From: Dehalococcoidia bacterium
Lineage (GTDB): Bacteria; Chloroflexota; Dehalococcoidia; Lucifugimonadales; QGNO01
Reading direction: 5' to 3'
Assembly (NCBI GenBank): GCA_965197965.1
Contig: OZ240235.1
Location: 1,189,820 to 1,253,819, forward strand
Length of the DNA stretch: 64,000 bases
Shown here: positions 57,218 through 64,000 of the stretch, one piece after another
Layout of the letters: each line of letters opens with the position of its first letter
How positions within the stretch are numbered: the first letter of the stretch is position 1
Made by a program: the position numbers and the translations under genes
Notes under the pieces: model-generated
Database searches by the model: none
What the model saw: the letters and a program-made list of their open reading frames with translations, nothing else
Told to the model about the DNA's origin: nothing

Positions 57218-57490
57218 ATGGTCATGGACGGTAAGACCCATCTGGAGATAAAGTACTGCTCACCCTGAGGGTACTTCCCCCAGGCCTCTTGGATAGGGGC
57301 CGAATTCAATCGCCAATTTGGCGGCAATGTGGCAATCACCCTGACGCCGGTAGGTGAGGGAAGGCTAGAGGTCTACGTAGACGGCGACCTCATCTTTGAC
57401 AGAAAAGCAATCGGCCACTACCCCAGTATGCCCGACGTGACTCAGATGAAGCTGACCGCCCAAGAGAAGTCGCCCGCCTTGAGCGAATAG
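57218..57490 (+). CDS. SelW/Rdx-family selenoprotein (CxxU) with in-frame UGA at 57266-57268
   Basis: Absent from the ORF track. GGAGG 57203-57207, ATG 57218, TGA 57266, TAG 57488. Translation MVMDGKTHLEIKYCSPUGYFPQASWIGAEFNRQFGGNVAITLTPVGEGRLEVYVDGDLIFDRKAIGHYPSMPDVTQM... fits the Rdx fold pattern, with UGA at the second redox position. Confidence 0.75.
57283..57301 (+). other. candidate bacterial SECIS hairpin
   Basis: GGCCUC-UUGGAUA-GGGGCC (6 bp including one G.U; 7-nt loop with GG), starting 15 nt after the UGA. Small, and folded by eye only. Confidence 0.35.
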
Positions 57491-57657
57491 GGCGGAAAAG
57501 CGCTCGTACGGGCGTACTCCACAGCGTCATTGCGAACCCCGATTGCATCGGGGTGTGGCAATCTGGCGGACGGGAGAGTCCCCTTACGTCAAACCCTGGA
57601 TATCCCCCTGTATCGGAGCACAGGTGTATGCTTCGCGGGTATGACGGACGATACGGC
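57491..57657. repeat. intergenic hairpin repeat (ATTGC-type variant with inner hairpin)
   Basis: CGTCATTGCGAACCCCGATtgcATCGGGGTGTGGCAATC (57525-57563). Outer arms ATTGC/GCAAT, inner stem CCCCGAT/ATCGGGG. Confidence 0.7.
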
Positions 57658-59430
57658 CTACCCGTCGGGCGGGAGTACGCGCACGGTGATGACATCGGTG
57701 CCGTGGTACTGCTGGTGCCGCACGGAAGAAGCGTAGCCCCTCAGCAACCGTAGAGACATCTCGTTCTCCACCGGCGCCTCTGAATCGTGCTGCTGTACCT
57801 GGCGTATGCGGTCTTCTATATTGCCCTCTTCGCTTGCTCCGCCAATGAACTCCAGGTCCGCCGCCGGGCCCTCGCTGGAGGCCACAACCACCAGCCTCCG
57901 TTCCTCCTCCTCGGGACTTTCACTATCCTCCTCTTCCATTGCCAGGGCCTCCAGGTCCAGAGGAGCAAGGGTCAGGAGGGTCTCCTCCGCCACCGCACTT
58001 AGCCTATCCTTCATAGCATCGCTCCATCCCCGGCTGTTGGCGAACTTACGTATGAACTCGTTCAGCTCCGGCAGCACCTCTATGTCCAGCCGGGACTGGA
58101 AACGCATGCGCCTGGGGTTGGTAAGCTCCAAATACAGGATCATGACAATGGCGGCAAATCCCCCCGTGGTGATGCCGCTCTTAAAAAGCCCGCCTACAAC
58201 TGGACCAAGGTCTGGAAGAGAGAACAGGCTGAACTGGAAGGCGGCCCCTATCCAGAAGCATATCCCCACCACGGCAACCTTTGACTGGTTTTGCTCCGTT
58301 TGTATAACTGTGCGAGCCCCGTCCACAAAGAGGGTACCCGTCACCAGAAGCAGGTAGCCGGTCATCACCGGGCCGGGGATGGTGCTGAAGAGAGCGGAGA
58401 CCTTGGGCAGAAACGCCATGGCTATGAATATGAAGCCTATGCTGTATCCAACACGGCGGGATGCTATACCCGTTGTCCTTATGAAGGAGCCTGCCCCGGA
58501 GTGAATTATGTTGGGCACGGCGCCTGCCAGTCCGGCCATCAGGTTGCTTGCGCCGCCACCCGCCAGGGTCCCCTGGATCTGTCTGAAGTCTATGGCTCTG
58601 CTCTCCCTCCAAGACACCCTCTGAATGTTGATAGCCTCCCCTGTTGCCTGGATGGAGAATATCACCCCAAGGAACAGGAAGGAGGGCAGGAGGGTCCAAA
58701 AGGGAATGCCGAAGTCCAGCGCCAGGCCGGGGGCCGAGCTTGGTATTCCTACCCAGGGCGCATCAACTATCCTGCTCACGTCGTATATACCCAGCGCTGC
58801 GGCGGCGGCCGTGCCGACAACTATGCCGATGACCGGCCCCCACAGCCGAAGCAGCGCAGCGCCTCGCAGTGTCAGCGCCGCTACCACCACAAGAGTGACC
58901 AGAGCCGTCAGCGGCGCCGCAATGGGATCTTCCAGGGAAGCCTCGTCCAGCAGATGGAAGACCACCGACGCCAGTGTTATTGAGAGGATGGTGACAATGA
59001 TGCCGCCCACGGTGGGGGTGACCACGCGCCGCAGTATGAACAACCACTTGGAGACAACCAGCTGGGCTATGGCCGCCACCAGCACCAGGGTACTCAAGGT
59101 AGCCGGCCCTCCATCCACCACCGCCGTTATGCAGAATGGTATGGAGACGGCAGCGGTGAACATGGGCAGCATGGCCCCCGCTCCCAGCGGCCCAATGCGA
59201 CGAACCTGCAGCAGGGTGGACAGGCCAACCACCACCAGCGAGGCGAAGACCATCCAATCCAGGTATGAATCGCCGCGGCCCGACGCGTTGGCCACGATCA
59301 CCGGCGTCACCAGCAGGGTGGCCGCAGCCATCAGGCTGAATTGAGCGCCGTGACCCAGAGACAGGAGAATCGGGGGATTCTCGTGCCCTTCGTATCGCGG
59401 GTTTCCTGTCTGTGTTGCCGTGGTGCTCAC
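57658..59430 (-). CDS. NCS2 (xanthine/uracil permease) family transporter with a C-terminal cytoplasmic domain of about 150 aa
   Basis: 590 aa. LSLGHGAQFSLMAAATLLVTPVIVA and about 12 TM segments. The C-terminal soluble part (FIRKFANSRGWSDAMKDRLSAVAEETLLTL...LVVVASSEGPAADLEFIG) resembles an anti-sigma-factor/HATPase-like fold (weak). Confidence 0.75.
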   Translation of the reverse strand: MSTTATQTGNPRYEGHENPPILLSLGHGAQFSLMAAATLLVTPVIVANASGRGDSYLDWMVFASLVVVGLSTLLQVRRIGPLGAGAMLPMFTAAVSIPFCITAVVDGGPATLSTLVLVAAIAQLVVSKWLFILRRVVTPTVGGIIVTILSITLASVVFHLLDEASLEDPIAAPLTALVTLVVVAALTLRGAALLRLWGPVIGIVVGTAAAAALGIYDVSRIVDAPWVGIPSSAPGLALDFGIPFWTLLPSFLFLGVIFSIQATGEAINIQRVSWRESRAIDFRQIQGTLAGGGASNLMAGLAGAVPNIIHSGAGSFIRTTGIASRRVGYSIGFIFIAMAFLPKVSALFSTIPGPVMTGYLLLVTGTLFVDGARTVIQTEQNQSKVAVVGICFWIGAAFQFSLFSLPDLGPVVGGLFKSGITTGGFAAIVMILYLELTNPRRMRFQSRLDIEVLPELNEFIRKFANSRGWSDAMKDRLSAVAEETLLTLAPLDLEALAMEEEDSESPEEEERRLVVVASSEGPAADLEFIGGASEEGNIEDRIRQVQQHDSEAPVENEMSLRLLRGYASSVRHQQYHGTDVITVRVLPPDG

Positions 59431-59507
59431 CTCCTGAGCATGTGATTTGGTTAAAATACCACATTACGCGCCGGAAATTGGCGCCGAGCAAGACAGAGCG
59501 CAACTTT

Positions 59508-60137
59508 CTACTTGGAAGGAGCCTTGATCAGTGCCCCGCCCACTATGCGGAGCAGCTTGGCAACCCAAAGGATGAGGCGCAACGCGAACTCCAGCGCGAT
59601 GAGGAACGCCAGATAGTACAAAATGTTCTCTGTGTAGCTCTCGGCCTCCAGCAACGTGTCCAGAGAGTCTGAGATGGTGAAGAAGGAGGTATTGACGACA
59701 AATATGCCGAGGACGGCGAACGGGAGAATCTTCGCCAGATCCATGGACAGGGCTTCGTTGTAGTAAGAAGCCACGCGGATGGCGCTTACCGTGGCCAGCG
59801 CCATCAACAGTATTTCCGTAAAGGACTGCTGTTTGGAAAGAAAGGTCAGTATCAGCGTGAGAATAGCGAACCAGAAGAAGGCGAATACGGGAAATACGAT
59901 GAGGTATTTAACGACGTACATCACGATTTGGAGGAAGGCGCGCACCCAACGAAAGCGGGACTCTTGATACTTGGACAGGTCTATCTGGAACATGTCTCTG
60001 GTCGCGACAAACCTGTAGAAGTTGAAGACGAAGACGGCGTACACCACCATGCCCAGGATGTACACCACCACGGGACGCAGCAGGTCTATGGCGTCGTACA
60101 CGTTCAATCCGCTGGGGAGGAAGTCGTTGATGTCCAT
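59508..60137 (-). CDS. hypothetical membrane protein
   Basis: 209 aa, 5-6 hydrophobic segments, no family recognised. Confidence 0.5.
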   Translation of the reverse strand: MDINDFLPSGLNVYDAIDLLRPVVVYILGMVVYAVFVFNFYRFVATRDMFQIDLSKYQESRFRWVRAFLQIVMYVVKYLIVFPVFAFFWFAILTLILTFLSKQQSFTEILLMALATVSAIRVASYYNEALSMDLAKILPFAVLGIFVVNTSFFTISDSLDTLLEAESYTENILYYLAFLIALEFALRLILWVAKLLRIVGGALIKAPSK

Positions 60138-60533
60138 AAGCCTCTTACCTCACAGTTGAACTCCGCTCTCTACATATCTGCGGCAAGCGGGCAGGACCGG
60201 CACATGTTGTTTTTATCACGCTTTGCTAGTTACCGACAAGGCATGGACGGGCAGACGTCAAAAAGCTGCTGTTAGAACTAGTGCCGCCATCATTGCCTAG
60301 CGTCCCGATTCCGTGAGATGAACGTCTCCAAGCTGGCCTCCTACGACATTGTAGTTAGCGGAGCGGCGGGGCTTTTCAACATCGTAGTTTGCTGATTATC
60401 GGAGTGGGGATGTACAAGGGTTAGAGAGTTCGCCTCGGAGAACGCTTCCGGCCAGAACCGGGCGAATCCCCAGCAAATACCGTTCCCCGCAGAGTCAACG
60501 CTGTGGACGGTGGCGTCGCCCTTCGCGCCGCGT

Positions 60534-61724
60534 TCACCAACTGTGGGACTCTTCTGCGTAGACGTGGTCGGGCAATGTATAGCGAATTCCTTCCTCGTCG
60601 AATAACGAAGTATCGAGCAGGGACGTGAACCTAGTGAAGTTGCTGTCTTGGCGACGTCCCCGAAACAGCTTGCTCAGGACGTTGCCGTAGCGTTGCTGCA
60701 TCCTGAACCACCAGACGGCTCCAAAGGAGGAGATTGGCGGATACATCAGTGAATCGGAGAACTCTCTTCCGATAAGTCCGCGGGAGAGCTTGTACACGTA
60801 CTTGGCCAGATTGCGTCGCTCCTCCGGCCCGGTCATCCCGGCAATCAACGGAGCTGAGTTGACCAGGGAGTGCGCCATAACGATCGACTCCAGTGGGGGA
60901 TCAGGCTCGCACATGAGGGCTATCTCCCACAGTCTCAGTGCTTCATCGGCATCACGGAAAAGGATGGTTTCAGGAATGCCCATCAAGTAACCGCTGTAGC
61001 GCCAAACGGCCATGAAGCTATTGTACTCTTCGTCAGTGTAATCAGCCCCCAGGGTTTTCATGTGCTTCAGCAGCCGTGCCGAGAAAGCGGAAATGGCGTA
61101 ACCCAAGTGCGCAGCGCTGATCGGCGTACCCCAAGCTTCGGTATCCCAGTCCTCCGATCCGTTCAGGAGGAGTCTTAACCGTGCGTGAACTATCCTGATG
61201 CGAACCGAAAGCTTCCAGCCGTCTCCATACCTATACAGGCCGCCAGGAAGGAATATCTCCATCATGTGACGGTTATTTTGTCCCAAACGCCTGACGCCCT
61301 GGTCGCGCACCCGCCCGGTGATGAAGAAGGACTTTGCTATGTTGGTTGTAAAGCCTTCTACCAGAACGCCTGCGACGAATGCTGCCAGGGTAACCTGCGA
61401 GTTTCTGAAAAACATGCGGACAGCCGGGGCGAATGCTGAATAGTCGAGCCACTCCGGCTGAGTTTCCGCTTCTTTGAAGAATTTTCGCAGCGAGTCCGGC
61501 GCGTTCCTTAGAGCCTCCTCACCTTCCTCATTCATAGTCGCTTGGATGAGCTTCGCTGACTCTTTTGGACTAAATTCCGCGAGGTCTTCTGCCAACTCTT
61601 CGGCCAATGGGTCTCCAATGAGTGTGTGCGCAAGGTACTTGTCCGCTATATCTGGTGCAATGGCGCGCGCCTTTTCATAGCCTGGACTGTAGTCAGTCGG
61701 GATGATCATTCCTTCTACGCTCAT
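60534..61724 (-). CDS. oxygenase MpaB family (DUF2236) protein
   Basis: 396 aa. ...VRIRIVHARLRLLL..., W.TEAWGTPISAAHLGYA resemble DUF2236 (from memory). Confidence 0.65.
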   Translation of the reverse strand: MSVEGMIIPTDYSPGYEKARAIAPDIADKYLAHTLIGDPLAEELAEDLAEFSPKESAKLIQATMNEEGEEALRNAPDSLRKFFKEAETQPEWLDYSAFAPAVRMFFRNSQVTLAAFVAGVLVEGFTTNIAKSFFITGRVRDQGVRRLGQNNRHMMEIFLPGGLYRYGDGWKLSVRIRIVHARLRLLLNGSEDWDTEAWGTPISAAHLGYAISAFSARLLKHMKTLGADYTDEEYNSFMAVWRYSGYLMGIPETILFRDADEALRLWEIALMCEPDPPLESIVMAHSLVNSAPLIAGMTGPEERRNLAKYVYKLSRGLIGREFSDSLMYPPISSFGAVWWFRMQQRYGNVLSKLFRGRRQDSNFTRFTSLLDTSLFDEEGIRYTLPDHVYAEESHSW

Positions 61725-61763
61725 TGCTCACCTCGCGTTAACCTTACCCTCGGCATTATAGCT

Positions 61764-63971
61764 TCATCCTTCTTGCGATTCTACCCGTAAATCGGGAAGC
61801 CAGCTCAGCCAGGATGGCAGGTACCAGTTCCGCTCGCCGAGCAACTGCATACTGGCAGGAACGAGGATGCTGCGCACCAGGGTTGCGTCCAGAAAGACGG
61901 CCACGGCAAGCCCGAACCCCGCTTGCTGATTGATAACCATATCACCCGAGGCGAACCCGCTGAACACCGCCACCATGATGAGCGCCGCGCCCGTGATGAG
62001 GCTGGATGTGGAGCGGAGGCCGTATGCCACTGACTCGGCATTGTTGTGCGTCTGGTCGTAGCGCTCACGGATGCGGCTGAGCATGAAGACGTGGTAGTCC
62101 ATTGAGAGCCCGAATAAGATGGCGAAGAGCACCAGGGGCAGCCACGCCTCGATAGTCTCGACCTGCTGGAACCCGAAGATATCCGCGCCGACGCCCTTCT
62201 GGAAGACGAGCACCATCAACCCGTAAGCAGCGCCCACCGAAAGGAGGTTCATTATGATCGCCTTGATGGGGATGATGATGGAGCGGAAGACAATCAGCAG
62301 AAGCACGAAGCTCACGCCAAGGATGAACGCAAAGATGATGGGGAGGTAGGTGATGAGGTCCTGGTTGAAGTCCATGTATTCGGCGGAGATGCCGCCCACG
62401 TATGCTTCTGCCGGGACGCCGGAGAACGCCGCGGGAACGTAGTCGTTCCGCAGCCGGTCTATCACGTCAAAGGCCTGCTCGCCGCTTGGAGCGCCATACA
62501 CCGGCACGGCTATTAGCGTCAGGTTGCCATGGGCAACCGGCGGAAGGGCCACCAGCTCCGGGTCATTCGCTATGGACTGATTGAACTTCTGGAGGGCTCC
62601 GGCAACCGCCGGGTCGCTGATGTCTCCGTCGATAACGATCCTGGCCGGGTTGACAGCGCCGAACCCCAGGAGAAAGTCCTGCTCTAGCGCGCCGAAAGCC
62701 TCGCGAGTATGCGACTCCTCCGGGAACGTCTCGACGCTGTTGAAGCCGGTGTTGATGCCGAAGTAGTTCACCGACGCCCATACCATCAGTCCGCCAACTA
62801 CCAGGATGCTAAGTGCTGGGAACCGCATCGTATTCCGCGTTATGAACTCCCAGAAACCTTCGCGCTGTCCCTCGGAAGCCCCGGCCGCCGCTCTTCCGAG
62901 GAACGGGAGCCGGAAGCGGTCTACGCGCGGCCCAAGCACCATCAGAATGGCAGGAAGCAGCGTGAGCGACGCTGTAACCGAAACAATGACCACCGCGATG
63001 GCGCCAAGGGCCGTTGCTAAGAACAGTGTGTGGGGCACGATGAACACGCCGAGGAGCGCAATGACCACGGTCATGCCGCTGAAGAACACCGTGCGGCTGG
63101 CTGTCGCACCTGCCTTGATGACCGCCTCCCGGGTGCTCAGCCCCCGCGCCAGCTCCTCGCGGAAGCGGGACACCACAAAGAGGCAGTAGTCTATCCCCAC
63201 CGCAAGACCGATCATAGTTATCCATAGCAGCACGAAGAAGACCAGCTCCCCAAAGATGTTGCCTATGACTGCCACTATCGCCAGTGTGACCAGAATCGAA
63301 ACGATTGCCAGACCTATCGGTATCAATGCAGCCACCACAGCGCCGAAGAGCACCAGCAGTATGAGGAGCGCCACCGGAACACCAATCCGCTCACCCTGCT
63401 CCAGGTCCATCGCCGACAACTCCGCCTGCTCGTACCGGCTGCTCGCATCGCCAACGATCAGCACGCGGAAACCGTCCTGGCGGTCCGTCTCCTGAACAAC
63501 GTGGATGATCTCCTCCACGTTGTCCAGCGCCTCCCCTATCGAGCCGGTAAGCTGGAGAGCAATGAGGGCGCCTCTGCGGTCATTGGAAACGAACGCGAGG
63601 GCTTCGAATGGGTTGTTGGCATACGCTTCGTAGTAGTTCACCCCGCTTTCCACGACGCCCGGGCCCAGCGCACGGAGCTCGCCCGTGACCTCTTCCACCT
63701 TCTCCCGAAACGCGGCGTCGTCCACCGTCAGCGCTTCTGACTGAATGATGATGATCTCAGCGGGCGGAGGCTCGATAGGGGTGCCTTCCAGCAACTCGGT
63801 GGCTGTTACCGAATCAATCTCGCCAAACCTTGGGATCAAGCGCAGTTCCGTGGTAGTGGCAGTGGGAAGCCACTGGCCAATGATCCCGAGAGCAACCAGA
63901 CTCAACAGGAACCATATGCCGATGGTTACCCAAGGCCTGCGTGAACTGATGCGTGCTAAAGATTCGGTCAA
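61764..63971 (-). CDS. MMPL/RND-superfamily transporter
   Basis: 735 aa. Two blocks of 5-6 TM segments, each after a periplasmic domain. GVGIDYCLF / GLSMDYHVFMLSRIRE motifs. Confidence 0.9.
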   Translation of the reverse strand: MTESLARISSRRPWVTIGIWFLLSLVALGIIGQWLPTATTTELRLIPRFGEIDSVTATELLEGTPIEPPPAEIIIIQSEALTVDDAAFREKVEEVTGELRALGPGVVESGVNYYEAYANNPFEALAFVSNDRRGALIALQLTGSIGEALDNVEEIIHVVQETDRQDGFRVLIVGDASSRYEQAELSAMDLEQGERIGVPVALLILLVLFGAVVAALIPIGLAIVSILVTLAIVAVIGNIFGELVFFVLLWITMIGLAVGIDYCLFVVSRFREELARGLSTREAVIKAGATASRTVFFSGMTVVIALLGVFIVPHTLFLATALGAIAVVIVSVTASLTLLPAILMVLGPRVDRFRLPFLGRAAAGASEGQREGFWEFITRNTMRFPALSILVVGGLMVWASVNYFGINTGFNSVETFPEESHTREAFGALEQDFLLGFGAVNPARIVIDGDISDPAVAGALQKFNQSIANDPELVALPPVAHGNLTLIAVPVYGAPSGEQAFDVIDRLRNDYVPAAFSGVPAEAYVGGISAEYMDFNQDLITYLPIIFAFILGVSFVLLLIVFRSIIIPIKAIIMNLLSVGAAYGLMVLVFQKGVGADIFGFQQVETIEAWLPLVLFAILFGLSMDYHVFMLSRIRERYDQTHNNAESVAYGLRSTSSLITGAALIMVAVFSGFASGDMVINQQAGFGLAVAVFLDATLVRSILVPASMQLLGERNWYLPSWLSWLPDLRVESQEG

Positions 63972-64000
63972 GGGACATCTCCTATTCCTGAAAAGGGGCT

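Overview
GC-rich (about 60% by eye) bacterial chromosomal segment, all three stop codons in use. It may come from an uncultured Chloroflexota-like organism, but that is a weak inference from gene content and repeat types only. I call about 60 protein genes. Housekeeping: pdxH, katG, ferritin, tsaB, ndk, rsfS, mnmA, an rnhB-yraN fusion, thiE. Transport: MFS, SulP, AEC, ABC-2, NCS2, MMPL. Hydrolases acting on N-rich compounds: agmatinase-like, two PuuE-like deacetylases, two amidohydrolases, DUF917 plus hydantoinase. Short, visibly AT-richer islets are interspersed: (1) an NgoMIV-family endonuclease plus amino-methyltransferase; (2) a DpnI-family (methyl-GATC-directed) nuclease homolog next to a second methyltransferase, separated by a spacer holding 7 GATC sites in 63 bp, with an orphan wHTH protein and a structured spacer upstream; (3) a Gp37/Gp68 (DUF5131) plus TcmP pair; (4) a protein with a C-terminal deoxyribosyltransferase/TIR-like domain; (5) four toxin-antitoxin pairs (2 HicAB, VapBC, BrnT/RHH-like), two of them flanked by direct repeats. 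Many intergenic regions carry a mosaic of at least four hairpin-repeat families. One decayed RayT-like Y1 transposase gene is flanked by, and internally contains, one of these families. A SelW/Rdx-family selenoprotein gene with an in-frame UGA is absent from the ORF track. Two large lipoproteins (beta-propeller plus plant-type LRR) are tandem paralogs. I found no rRNA, tRNA or CRISPR array. All family assignments come from motif recognition by eye and memory; no searches were run.
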